A DNA stretch of 64,000 bases from Schizochytrium sp. TIO01 (lineage: Eukaryota > Protista > Bigyra: Labyrinthulomycetes). Positions 33,774 through 45,040 of this stretch are shown piece after piece (the stretch's first letter is position 1; each line of letters starts with the position of its first letter). Below the pieces are notes generated by a model. The model was not told the DNA's origin. It saw only the letters and a program-made list of their open reading frames with translations, and did no database searches. Made by a program: the position numbers and the translations under genes. Location: the NCBI GenBank assembly GCA_004764695.1, contig SMSO01000035.1, positions 186,001 to 250,000 on the forward strand. The letters are read 5' to 3'.

Positions 33774-36700
33774 ATGTCATCTGCACGCAGGATAACGAGG
33801 TTGCCAAGTAGTTTTCATTTTAGCTTTGGTTCAGAAAGGCAAGCTAGACCTAGGCTTGAAAGCTTGTTTTTTAGTAGCTCTCCTGCTGAAGATGACAATT
33901 GGCGCACGTCTGCCCTTGCAAACCCAATAGAATACATTCGCACAGTTCAACATCACAAAAAAGCGATAAGAAAACAGTCGCAAACTGAGGAGCGTTTATC
34001 TCAGATTAGCAGAGCTTACAACTCGCCTGAAACAGACTTGTACCAAGATAAGAGGAGTAAAAATGGAGATCCTCGTAGAAGAACTCAGCAAGTAACCCCA
34101 TTTGCTGCAGACCCATCAGAGCATGTACTTACGAGCTCCACTTTCGAAAATGTGTCCCACACGTCAACTTGGGCTCATTCAATTATGGAGGCTTTGCCGC
34201 ATCCTTTTCTAGCAATTTGTTGCATACTTTCGATTGCAGTTTCCATTCTTATATTATGCTTTCCATTGTCATTCACAAGCACCTTGCATCACCACCGTTT
34301 ACTAAAGTTCAGTATATGTCTTGATACAGTCTTTTGTATCCGACTTTATCTGCAAGTTTTTCATCGCAAACGAGGAACGGAAGAAGGTACCCTCGGCAAG
34401 TTTACTCGTTATCCACAATGTCCAGTAAGGAGATTCCATAGTAAGGAGCTATTGTTCGACATCTTCATAGCGTTGCCACTCACTAGCTCCGGTCTAGGTG
34501 TTTATCATTACGGCTTAGCTAAGGCTGGTTCGTTTACGCGGCTCATTGCGGTTGTTCCTTTTCTTCGAAATGAAGATGCTATTTATAAATTTATTGATCG
34601 TGTTTTCTCAACCCATAGAGGAAACTTGCGTCGTATCGTGCGTTTGATGCTACGTTTATTACTGTTGTGCTTTATGCTTGGCGGACTATTTTATTGGGTT
34701 TCCTTTACTTCAATGACAGACGGAAACAATTCTGTACCAACCCCAATAAGAAAGAATGAAACTACTAGTACGCAGCCCTTTCAATTTTCAGACGATGGAC
34801 TTGCTGCTGATATTCTCACATCTTTCTATTTCATCTTGCAAACCCTCCTTACTGTCGGCTTTGGTGATATTCTTCCGGGTAACATGGGACAGTTAAAATT
34901 TGTGATTGTATGCTTCATTTTTGCTGTGGGAGTACATTCATTACTGATTGCTCATATGTCTGCGTTGCTAAAAAATCTGGATGTCACGTCTGCACATTAC
35001 AAGCATAAGGTGGATTCGATCCTGAAATATCTTCGTGTGCGACAAATACAGCCTGAAGTCCGTAACAAAGTAACAGACTACTTTAATTTTTTGTGGGAAA
35101 GGCAAAAAGGTCGCCTTGAGAACAAAATCCTAGGCCCATTACCTCCAAGCTTGAGAGAGAAGATTAATCGCGGACGGCGAAGCGCTTTACTACAAATTCC
35201 CTTTTTTCAACGTCGTGATATGACATTTGTTGACGCAGTCGTGACTTCATTGGAGCCTCAGATCCTTAACTTTGGTGAGTTTCTTTGTATTCGCAACCAG
35301 CCTGTTGACGCATTATTCATTCTTGGTGATGGTAAATTGGAAGTATTGTCAGCAGGCCGTGGTGATGGATGTACAATACGGGGAATAGGGCGTCAAAACT
35401 CGGGTTTCTTTGCGTGGAATAAATCAAGTCAGGCTTATTTGTCTCAAAACAGCAAGTCCGAGTCGCAACTGCACTGTAAAGTAATTGAGAGTATTTCTCC
35501 TGGTCCTATGGGGTTTGTTGGGGATGAAATTCTGTTCTCTAGCACATTCAAGCATAAATACTCAGTGCGGGCCACTCGTATGTGTGAAATTCAGCGACTG
35601 GATATCGAGGTGTACCATTTCGTGTTAAGTCTCTACAATGCATATACTCCTCCCGAGAGCCAAGTCTCCGCTATTTCGATGCAAGCTTCGATTTCGGATA
35701 GAAATGACGATGAAGAGGATCCACCTGACATTCTATTTACTAAACCTGTCGTTTTGCCAGAGGATAACCCAAACATTGGAGGGTTTCAGCTGCAACGAAA
35801 GCGATTGGGCAAACAAAGACGCTACAGCTCATTGGCCTCGGCGGAAGTCATTCAGGATGTTATCGCAACACAAACATCTGCCAAAGGTATTTTGAATAAT
35901 GTCAACGCTCAGCACGCGCCTCTTCTCGATCGTACTCCTGACATTCCAAGTGCATCTGGAGGTGTTAGAAGAAAATTAAGCTCGAGTTCACGATATGCGA
36001 CATCGAAAATTTCAAGTAAAATTTCATCATTGGCCCGCAGTACAACTGTTACAATGAGTAAATTTACTTCGCGCTGGGATCCTGCTGGACGGCGTCGCAG
36101 AAGCTCAGCTAGTAGCTCTGGCTCTTCAAAAGGTGATGAAGAATCGAGTAATATATATTGGCCAAACATTCCTGAATATTTTGAAGTGACGAGTCATAAG
36201 CAACTATCTTCCATAGATACACTCGTTCGTGATGAGGGAGTTCTACGAACTGTTCAAAGCTGGCAGGGTCGTGGTGAAGCGCGCGATAAAAAATCGAAAG
36301 CGAGCAAAGTTGGTCGAAAGTTTACCTTTAGATCACTTTCGATAAATACCCAAAGATTCGGCATTTGCGCTCCTATTTTAGTTTGGGGGGAAGTCCTTAT
36401 CACTAATTTGTGGGAATTGATTGTTGATATCTCAAGGCGTTGTTGGACTCGCATTGCATGGAGTGCAAGCGTGGTTTTTGCCCATTTGGTTCTTTGCATG
36501 CTTCCAAGCTTTGATTTGGCAGCAGTTTCTATCAAAGCTTCAAAAGAAGCTCTTTTGCCGTGGCAAGGCTACCTTTTTGCTGATATCCTAGTATTCGCAA
36601 ATGTCACGCTTCTACCTAAATTTGAGCCAGCCTCAAATGTTAAAGTGCACAAGAGGAATAGTAGGTCGACTGGTGCAAAGGTTTCTCCGAAAGGGATGAT

Positions 36701-39700
36701 GCGAGCACAAAGTACAGTGACCGAAAATGGATACTTGGCATCTCCATTTTACACTGTTCGTAAGGTTGCAGAGGTAATCCGCAATCGTGGTCATCAAGAG
36801 GGCACTATCTATGGAGTCCTTTTTCTGGTTGATTGTGTTGCATATGCTTGTTTTGCAAGTGGTCTAATCAAAACTTGGGTGTATCTGCGTATTTTTTCTT
36901 GTGGTGTGCTCTTTTGGCCTTTACTCAATCATGAAATTCAGCGTTTGGGCTATCATTTTGAGAAATTTCAACGCATGACCACCCTTCAGCACGTAGCGAT
37001 AAAAGTGGCCACCATTGTTTTAGTCAGCGGGCATTGGTATGCTTGTTTGTGGATCTGGAGTCTCGCAAAAGAGTCGGTGGACTCCTCTGAAGAGGTTCTT
37101 AGTATGGTAATGAGCAATTATTGGAAATCTATGTATTGGGCTTGTGTAACAATGACAACCGTTGGTTATGGCGATGTGGTGCCTACCAATGACGCTGGTA
37201 GGATTTTGGCAGTGGTTGTTATGCTTTTAGGCGTTACAACTTATGCAGGGTTTATTTCTCTTGTTGCCGCCATTACTCAAAGCGGGGGTGCAGCAACCAA
37301 CCAGTTTGAGCAATTTGAAGAATGTTGTCGCCATTACTTAACACAGCGAGACATTCCTCGCGAACTGATTAGTTTATGCCATCAATTCATCGAACACGCT
37401 AGCCAACATCAACAAAGACTTGATGAAACGGAAATGCTAGCTAAAGACTTCCCCACATCACTTGAAGACTGTGTTCGTGATGAAATTCTTGGGAATAGGT
37501 TCCTCCATACGTCTTCAATCTTTGTGGATACTCCTCGTCCTTTCATTCGGGACCTACAACGCTACATGCGAAAGGAGATATTCCTTCCTGGTCAGGTGAT
37601 TACATGTGGTTATGACCCTGTAACAGGGAAAAAACGTGGGAGGCCGGATGAACGTGGTATTACTGATGGCATGATTTTTCTCGAAGAAGGGGAAGCGGCT
37701 ATTACTAGCTATGCTGAAGATGGTACCAAGAAAAAAATGGGTAATATAAATACTGGTCGAACATTTGCTGCAAACGCCCTTTTCAAACCTGAAGATCAGC
37801 ATCTGGAGCTTTGCGCCACTAAAATTTGCGAAATCTGGGTTTTGACGTCTAAAGACTTACACAATTGCGTAAGAAATTATGACGGAGGTCACGCAGAAGA
37901 CAGTGTTCTTGCCGCAGAGGAGCAATTGAAGCTAGAAACGCTAATAATGTCAACAGTTCGTGAAAGAGCACAGGCTACAACTTCAAGCGCTGAAGCGGTT
38001 GCTAAAAACCTTGCAAATGCGAAATTGAATAAGTTCATGGTTTCTTCGAGGAAATTCACAAGTCACGTCCATGATTGGGGCATCGTTTTGCCTGACTCCA
38101 AAATTTACAAGGGGTGGAATCTTTTGATGGCTGCGTGCGTCGTTGGTAACATAGTATCAGCGTCCTATCGTGTGGGCTTAGGACGGGGAAGTGTTGGAGA
38201 GAGCCAATCCAAAGGTATGACGGCGATTGATGTCCTGATCGATTTTGTGTTCCTTCTGAACGTAGTCCTTCGTGATCGTTGCTTTGCATGTGAAGTAGAT
38301 GGGGTGATGTTATCCCGGCGGCCACAGGTATCAGCAAATTACCGAGCTCGGAACGCTCGTTTTGATTTATTTTCTAGTATTCCGTTAAGCTTCATTATAC
38401 GTGCCGTGCTTGGGTGGCAAAGTTTAGGGTTACAAGAATATGCAGCGCTTAGGTTCCTATGTATTATTCAAGTATATAGGATGCCAGAGTGGGCTTCAAT
38501 CTGTATGAACATTACGCCAACAAAATATCAAGATGTAATGACCTTGAGCCTTCTCCTGGGTCTAATCCTGCTATGTGCTCATATCAGTGGGTGCTTCTTT
38601 TTTGGCATTGGGCGGTGGAATATGACGTCAGGAACCGGAAGCTCATGGGCCGTGAATAGCTCTGATCACGCTTTATTGATTTTCAATAATGCAACCGGAA
38701 TTTATGATGCAACTAAAGATGCATATATTCGTAGTGTTTACTGGGCCATGACAACTTTAACGACAGTTGGTTATGGTGACTATGCTGCTGCGGCAGATTC
38801 TGAAATATCATACAGTTTAATTATGCTGATGAGTGGAGGATGCCTGTATGCACTAATTTTGAACAATTTAGAAGAGATTATTGCTCATTCTGATATTTGC
38901 TCGATTCTATTCCAGCGTAAAGTTGATTCGATGGGAGTTTATATGAAGAAACGAAGCCTCCCTAGTGCAACAATACATCGAGTGACAAGTTACTATCATG
39001 CCCTATGGGTGCGTCAAAAAGGTGTCGAAGAGGCTTGGATTCAGGACCGTCTTCCTTTGCCCGTGCGAAGAGCTCTTCGCGCACACGCGTTGGGACTCAA
39101 TCGCCTCGCTAAATTTCCTCTATTCAATGACTGGGATAAAGTTGAAGACTTGGTTGATATGCTTCGTCCGTGCATGGCTCTAGAGGACACCCTTTTGTTT
39201 ATGGAAGGTCAGCTGATCTACAAATGTTACTTTGTAAGCGACGGTAAAGTTGAATACGTGTCTGGCGATGGAAGACAAGTATTTACGTCTTTCACAAGCG
39301 GCGATTCTTTTGGGGAGATCCAATTTTTCTATAACGAACAAACAGAGTGCATCGCTCGAGTTTGTGAACGTTCAGATTTTTTGGTTCTTCATCGAATGGA
39401 TATGGACCATTACCTACGTGAAAGACCTGATCTTGCAGGTCGCTATGAGAATGACCTAACACAGCTGGAGGGCGATTTACGTAAGCGTTGCTCTTTGGCA
39501 GCATTTTCTAAAAATCTAGAACGGAGCAAAGTCAATAAGCTGTTTGCTATGGAAGTAGTGAAGAAGGAAGGTGAGTTTTGGAAAGGATCCAAATTACTTG
39601 CGCCAAACAACGTATATAGGCGTTTGTGGGATATTTTGATACTCGGTGTTGTGTATTACAACTTGGTATTTATAATTTATCGAGCGTGTCTTTTACGAGA

Positions 39701-42365
39701 TGCGATTGCCGGAAGTGCGGGAGTTGAAAATGCATTCAAAGAATACATGCCGCTCGATATTTTTGGGGACCTTTTGATATTAATAGATGGGGTATTGCAT
39801 GCAACCGCTTTTGCAGTTGTAACTCAGACTTCATTTCTCTGGCGAAGATCTCAGGTGCAGGCTCACTTCCTTCGATATGAGCTTTGGTTCTATGCATTGG
39901 CTCTTCTTCCTTTGGACTATTTATTGCAAGCAGATTCTATCGGTAGTGCTTTTGTTCATAAATTAGGAGTGAACTCAGTGTTGCCATATTTTATAGGAAT
40001 TGCTCGTCTTCCACGACTCCTGCTCATATTAAGATTGCTTCCACTCGAGGTTTCTGCTCAGTCGTTTTTGGATGAATGTGGGGTTGTGCTAACTTCGGGA
40101 TATAAGCAGATCTTGCGCTTAGGTGTTCGCGCCTTGCTTATGGCGCACTGGATGGCGTGTATCAATACTGTTCTAAGTACGCGCTATCTCGAGCTTCTGG
40201 ATTCAGGGTATTCAATATTTGAAGCCTACATGGTGAGCTTATATTGGTCAATGTATACAATCACCACAATTGGTTATGGCAATGTAATGGTAGATGCTCC
40301 TACATTTGCGATTGGGTGTTTAATTATGGGAACTTTCATGTGCGATGCTGGAGTGACCGCAACGGTGTCCAATATTTTGTCGAATCAGGAATCTAAGCTT
40401 GGTGATGCAAAACGACGTCGAGTTGCGCTCACTCAATACATGAAGAGTCATCGAATCGATTCGGATACGAAATTCGATGTACTAGATTATATTGATTATT
40501 ACTCTTCGACGCTAGATGGACTTGATGAATCGATCCTTCTCAATGAGGCAAACTTACCATCACACCTTCGTTTGGAGATAGTTTCGCATATAACTCTACG
40601 ATGTGTTCCACACTTGGCAACCCATCCAATGTTCACTGGTTTCCAACTTGGACTGCTCCAAACTCTTGCTCTGATGCTCTCGCCTGTAGTTCTTGCGCGA
40701 GGACATGATTTGATTAAAAAGTCGAACAAGTCAACTCCTGGCTCTATGTATGTTAGCGGCAAATTTAGTTCCGGAACACAAACCAATCCTAGCTTAAGAA
40801 AAAGCACTTCAACGCATCATCACCACTTCCAGATGTTTGGCAATGCAGGGAACGAGGATGGTTCGTCGATGCAGTACTACCCAAGAAGAATGAACGAGAT
40901 TGCAGCGCAAGTGTCATTAGAGTATCTGCGAGAGGCAAACATAACTGATCCTAGCCACTCATTGTATCAAGCCAGTTCTGCGAATGTGGGTTGGCAACGA
41001 TATCCTGCCAACGCAGACGATGACAATCTGAACTTTCTGGTAAAAGGAACAGTTCAAGTCTTCTCAGGCTCGGCAAGCAAGCTTGTACGCCGTGGGTTGA
41101 TATGCCGTGGTAGCGGAATTGAGTCAGCAATATGTGCTACCCACTGTGAAATGTTTGTATTAGAAGTAGATCAATTTCATGTATTAACACAGTATTCCTC
41201 CCAGATTGGAGATGGAGCATACAAGACATTCTTGGAGCTTTTGCGGGATCCAACTGGTTTTCAAGCGGTTCAAGAGTACCTTAAAAGGCATAAAAATGGG
41301 GCCTACATGACTGATTTGGAGTTCTGGCGTGCGTGTGAACGATTTGAAAAGGCTCCGAATCATCATGAAGCCGAAGAAATCGTTGAAAAGTTTATGAAAA
41401 AGAAGCAGCAGCCTGAGGTTCTTGACGAGTCCTCGTCAATGAAGGCCCTGAAAAAGAATCGTAAAACCCTAGTCGCTGACGTCGCGATACAATTTGAGCT
41501 TGATTTTGGAATGATGGGAGATGAGATCCAGTTTCGTGTCGGAAGGGAGACAAACTTGCCAGGAGATATATTCATGCAGGCCAAAAACGATATCTTTCGG
41601 CGCTTGGAGCTTGTTGTCAAACCTCGATTCTTTGCTAGTGCTGAATTTACTATTCTCATGCTGGAGAAAATGAGCAACTCTGCTGGGAGCTCACAAGTTC
41701 CACAAAGGGCACGCAGTAAGTTGTCCACGGTCGAGTCATTAGCATCTTCTGGTCTCTCAAGCCCAAGATCAGCAAAATCTGTTCCTGATGATCTTTTCGA
41801 TCGAGAGAGCAGTGATTGGGGAGATCTTAAAAGTGCACGTCTAGATGATTCTTTTGGTCCTCACAATCGTGGGTCATTCATGAACACAGATGATGTGATT
41901 AATTCAGTCGAAAGTGAGACTTTGAGATCAATAAATCATTCTCAAGGTTTGGAACAAACTGTAGAGAGCCAAGTCAAGGCACCGAACATGCTTTCATCTC
42001 TTGCAACACGGCAGCCGTCGCGGCGAGCTGTGTCTATTATTGAAACTATGTCTCTAAGACCTGCTGAAAAGCACGAGGAGCTAAGAGGCGTCATCCGAAT
42101 GCCGTCACTCAGCAAATCTTTCTTTCTTCTTGAAGACGATGATAAAAGCATTGAGGACCATTCTCCAATTGAAGATACCGTGGCTTCATCGGGCCTGGCT
42201 AACTTAGAGCAACGCAATTGCCCAGCAAAAATAGAAAACGAAGGAGAGGAAGATGACGAATTTGAAGAAATTGAGACAATAAAGTTAACTCCACCTGAAG
42301 TTGGGGAGGTAGAGGAGGATACTGGTAAGCAGCATAATAGACAGACAAGCTTTCTACCGAAATAA
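33774..42365 (+). CDS. Single-chain four-repeat CNBD-family K+ channel (CNGK/tetraKCNG-like architecture) with C-terminal RGS domain
   Basis: First ATG at 33774 (the track's start is GTG). Four pore signatures: TVGFGD (34851), TVGYGD (37158), TVGYGD (38763) and TIGYGN (40266), each followed by S6, a C-linker and a CNBD-like region. RGS motifs FLELLRDPTG...YL, LEFWRACERF and IFMQAKNDIFRRLE....PRFFASAEF at 41226-41648. Confidence 0.92.
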   Translation: MSSARRITRLPSSFHFSFGSERQARPRLESLFFSSSPAEDDNWRTSALANPIEYIRTVQHHKKAIRKQSQTEERLSQISRAYNSPETDLYQDKRSKNGDPRRRTQQVTPFAADPSEHVLTSSTFENVSHTSTWAHSIMEALPHPFLAICCILSIAVSILILCFPLSFTSTLHHHRLLKFSICLDTVFCIRLYLQVFHRKRGTEEGTLGKFTRYPQCPVRRFHSKELLFDIFIALPLTSSGLGVYHYGLAKAGSFTRLIAVVPFLRNEDAIYKFIDRVFSTHRGNLRRIVRLMLRLLLLCFMLGGLFYWVSFTSMTDGNNSVPTPIRKNETTSTQPFQFSDDGLAADILTSFYFILQTLLTVGFGDILPGNMGQLKFVIVCFIFAVGVHSLLIAHMSALLKNLDVTSAHYKHKVDSILKYLRVRQIQPEVRNKVTDYFNFLWERQKGRLENKILGPLPPSLREKINRGRRSALLQIPFFQRRDMTFVDAVVTSLEPQILNFGEFLCIRNQPVDALFILGDGKLEVLSAGRGDGCTIRGIGRQNSGFFAWNKSSQAYLSQNSKSESQLHCKVIESISPGPMGFVGDEILFSSTFKHKYSVRATRMCEIQRLDIEVYHFVLSLYNAYTPPESQVSAISMQASISDRNDDEEDPPDILFTKPVVLPEDNPNIGGFQLQRKRLGKQRRYSSLASAEVIQDVIATQTSAKGILNNVNAQHAPLLDRTPDIPSASGGVRRKLSSSSRYATSKISSKISSLARSTTVTMSKFTSRWDPAGRRRRSSASSSGSSKGDEESSNIYWPNIPEYFEVTSHKQLSSIDTLVRDEGVLRTVQSWQGRGEARDKKSKASKVGRKFTFRSLSINTQRFGICAPILVWGEVLITNLWELIVDISRRCWTRIAWSASVVFAHLVLCMLPSFDLAAVSIKASKEALLPWQGYLFADILVFANVTLLPKFEPASNVKVHKRNSRSTGAKVSPKGMMRAQSTVTENGYLASPFYTVRKVAEVIRNRGHQEGTIYGVLFLVDCVAYACFASGLIKTWVYLRIFSCGVLFWPLLNHEIQRLGYHFEKFQRMTTLQHVAIKVATIVLVSGHWYACLWIWSLAKESVDSSEEVLSMVMSNYWKSMYWACVTMTTVGYGDVVPTNDAGRILAVVVMLLGVTTYAGFISLVAAITQSGGAATNQFEQFEECCRHYLTQRDIPRELISLCHQFIEHASQHQQRLDETEMLAKDFPTSLEDCVRDEILGNRFLHTSSIFVDTPRPFIRDLQRYMRKEIFLPGQVITCGYDPVTGKKRGRPDERGITDGMIFLEEGEAAITSYAEDGTKKKMGNINTGRTFAANALFKPEDQHLELCATKICEIWVLTSKDLHNCVRNYDGGHAEDSVLAAEEQLKLETLIMSTVRERAQATTSSAEAVAKNLANAKLNKFMVSSRKFTSHVHDWGIVLPDSKIYKGWNLLMAACVVGNIVSASYRVGLGRGSVGESQSKGMTAIDVLIDFVFLLNVVLRDRCFACEVDGVMLSRRPQVSANYRARNARFDLFSSIPLSFIIRAVLGWQSLGLQEYAALRFLCIIQVYRMPEWASICMNITPTKYQDVMTLSLLLGLILLCAHISGCFFFGIGRWNMTSGTGSSWAVNSSDHALLIFNNATGIYDATKDAYIRSVYWAMTTLTTVGYGDYAAAADSEISYSLIMLMSGGCLYALILNNLEEIIAHSDICSILFQRKVDSMGVYMKKRSLPSATIHRVTSYYHALWVRQKGVEEAWIQDRLPLPVRRALRAHALGLNRLAKFPLFNDWDKVEDLVDMLRPCMALEDTLLFMEGQLIYKCYFVSDGKVEYVSGDGRQVFTSFTSGDSFGEIQFFYNEQTECIARVCERSDFLVLHRMDMDHYLRERPDLAGRYENDLTQLEGDLRKRCSLAAFSKNLERSKVNKLFAMEVVKKEGEFWKGSKLLAPNNVYRRLWDILILGVVYYNLVFIIYRACLLRDAIAGSAGVENAFKEYMPLDIFGDLLILIDGVLHATAFAVVTQTSFLWRRSQVQAHFLRYELWFYALALLPLDYLLQADSIGSAFVHKLGVNSVLPYFIGIARLPRLLLILRLLPLEVSAQSFLDECGVVLTSGYKQILRLGVRALLMAHWMACINTVLSTRYLELLDSGYSIFEAYMVSLYWSMYTITTIGYGNVMVDAPTFAIGCLIMGTFMCDAGVTATVSNILSNQESKLGDAKRRRVALTQYMKSHRIDSDTKFDVLDYIDYYSSTLDGLDESILLNEANLPSHLRLEIVSHITLRCVPHLATHPMFTGFQLGLLQTLALMLSPVVLARGHDLIKKSNKSTPGSMYVSGKFSSGTQTNPSLRKSTSTHHHHFQMFGNAGNEDGSSMQYYPRRMNEIAAQVSLEYLREANITDPSHSLYQASSANVGWQRYPANADDDNLNFLVKGTVQVFSGSASKLVRRGLICRGSGIESAICATHCEMFVLEVDQFHVLTQYSSQIGDGAYKTFLELLRDPTGFQAVQEYLKRHKNGAYMTDLEFWRACERFEKAPNHHEAEEIVEKFMKKKQQPEVLDESSSMKALKKNRKTLVADVAIQFELDFGMMGDEIQFRVGRETNLPGDIFMQAKNDIFRRLELVVKPRFFASAEFTILMLEKMSNSAGSSQVPQRARSKLSTVESLASSGLSSPRSAKSVPDDLFDRESSDWGDLKSARLDDSFGPHNRGSFMNTDDVINSVESETLRSINHSQGLEQTVESQVKAPNMLSSLATRQPSRRAVSIIETMSLRPAEKHEELRGVIRMPSLSKSFFLLEDDDKSIEDHSPIEDTVASSGLANLEQRNCPAKIENEGEEDDEFEEIETIKLTPPEVGEVEEDTGKQHNRQTSFLPK

Positions 42366-44976
42366 ACATCCTGGTACATAAATTTAGTATTCCATTGAAT
42401 TAAAGGGCTTTAACAAGCTCAATCAGCTTTTGGAGAACTTTCATAGACCAAGAAATGGCACGAGGTACTATATGTCAAACCAAAGGAACTCGAGCTTTAC
42501 GAAAAACGATGTATAGGAACAATTTGTGACAAATGAGAGTAAAGTAGTGGGGAGCCACCAACTGCGGCGCTCGTTCAAGTACCTTAGTACGCTAGGCTCG
42601 TAGACAAACGTCACGCCTTTTAGATGACTCTTAGATAGAATCAGGAAAAAATCGTTTAGCCTATTGCTGTTGTATATGTAAGTGATTGTCTTGAGTTGAA
42701 ATTTTCAAATCCAGGCTAGAATAGAAGGTTAAAATAGAAAAGAAAGATATGGCGAAGAAGTTATTTACCTCCTAAAAGAATGTTACTAGTCCGGTGTTCT
42801 TGCACATCATGCTTCAATGCGAAAAACTATTACCTACCTTCCACAGAGAGTTGCTCTTTGAACGTCAACCAAGCTTCAGTCTTTTCACAAGCCTGGTTTC
42901 ACTGCGACATAATATTTGAGTACTTTTTCGGTTCTACTTACGTTTGTAAAGAGCTGATCAATCTGTTCAAAACTTCATAAAAACAGAAGAGCGAAAAAAG
43001 CGTGAGAAGAATGCTTTCGAAGTAAAATATATCTGCCATTGTCGCACGTGGATCTAACAATATATTTTTACTGGTGCTACTGTGACTGGTTAGGTTAGGT
43101 ACTACATACTACTTATTACTAATTTATCTTAGCTGTGAACTTTGTTCCGCGCGTGCAAGCTTCACTACGCCTGCATTGCACCCCTTTCCTACAACGATTA
43201 CTCCAACTGTCAAAAGAATCCTCTATGACTGTTGTTTATTCCTGCACGTGCCTTTTAGGAGGGTGCACAACGCACCTTTCCACATTTTTGTGTGTGTCAG
43301 GTCAGCCTCGTTCTCTGATTGTTTTTCGTTTGATACGAATCATGCACCGTTTATGATATAAATAGCCTCCGATGGCGGATATTCGCGAGTGGGGCAATAC
43401 TCGTACTCGAGCTGGGGCTTGTGTTTGTTGGTTTGATTTAAATTTGAATTAATTTAATTTTTTTTATTGTTAAAAAGCAAATTAAAAAAAATAAAATTAA
43501 CTCATGCTGGAAAAAATGTTGAATTTCTGTACAATGAACGAAGCATCAATGTCTAGGATAATGTACTACTGTCATATGGAAAACCTATCTTGGTAGAGAG
43601 TATTTTTAGGTTGAGACTATCCCTTTAAATGGAGATGGGGACTTTCTACTCAGCATTAAATGGTTGGAGATAACGAGTAAACCATGCATCTCTTTCAGGC
43701 GGGATTTTACAGTTCTCAGCTGCTATGCGCTATAATTCTCATTTCGATCCGGGTGCATACTAACTACTAAATGTTATGAGGTCTTAATATTTGCACACCG
43801 TGAAAATCCGGGCCTTTCATATTCCGATGTATCGGAGTATAGAGAGCTCAACACTTTCTAATCAATGCAAAAATCGTGTTGACAGGCATATAAATTTGCT
43901 TGGGCCTATTAAACTTCACAATGCCTTATATCTCGAGTTTTCATATGGTGAATCTTACCTCGAAGAGTTGGAATGGTGACTGTTTTCTAGTCAGTCACCT
44001 TCCCTTTGGAAAGCCTCATTTCAAATGTTTCTTGAACTTGAGAGAGAGAAGGATTCATCATGCTTTATCCAAAGGATTGATTTTTCTGTTTACGCAATGG
44101 TCTTTCCAAAATAGGAAAGGCGGTTGCTTGGAATCACTCGCTCGCTCGTTCGCTCACCTGTTTCCCATCACAAGGCAGTTTCGTCGCGTTCTCACGGCCT
44201 GTTGGAAGCAAACTTTCAATTTCCGGAAAGCCAACGAGTGATTCTTTCTTCTTACTAAGTATAGCATCTATCCTTGCAATATTAGGCTTCCTTGAACAGA
44301 TTCCTCAATAATAATGATTTCGAAGTGGTTTTTTACTTTTCATTTCATTTTACATTTTCTTGTTAATGAGCGCACACTCTCACCTTTCAATGTTGCAAGA
44401 TGGCCTGCGTTGTGTATTCTCCTTCATTTGTCATTTCGATGAAGTCAGCCTCAGCCTCGTACAAGGTTCAAGTCCTTCGCTTCTGATTTTTGGTCCAACT
44501 TAAACTCACTCGGTAACCTCCAATTGCCATTACTCGTTGCACCTAGGTAGGTGCTCTTATAAATGGTAATAATGTGAAAGTACCATGGTAGGTTAGTATC
44601 ATGCATGCTGAGAATTTTTTTTTCACCTCCGAAGCTTGATCTAGAGCTCAGCTTGAAGAGAACCTACTACGTGAAGATCAATCTTTTTTTTCAAGATAAG
44701 CTGGACGTGCTTATGGTCACGGATACAAAGTACTCCAGTGTTTCGTAGAAGAGCTCTGGAGAGCCCAAATATGCAATCATCCCCATCCTTTAAAATAAAA
44801 TAAAGGCCTGCATCTGAAAGAAATAAATGCCAGGCCCAGCTTTCCCTTCTACTCTCATTCTTCTTCTACTACTACTTCTTCTTCTTCTTCCTGTTAAAAA
44901 AAGATAATAATAATCATCATAAAAAGTACATATGATATAGTATTTGTCGAGTTCAATGGTCCCAGAAAAAGAACAC

Positions 44977-45040
44977 AAACAAACAAACAAACAAACAAAC
45001 AAACAAACAAACAAACAAACAAATAAATAAATAAATAAAT
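44977..45040. repeat. Compound microsatellite (AAAC)11(AAAT)5
   Basis: Read directly from the sequence. Confidence 0.95.
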
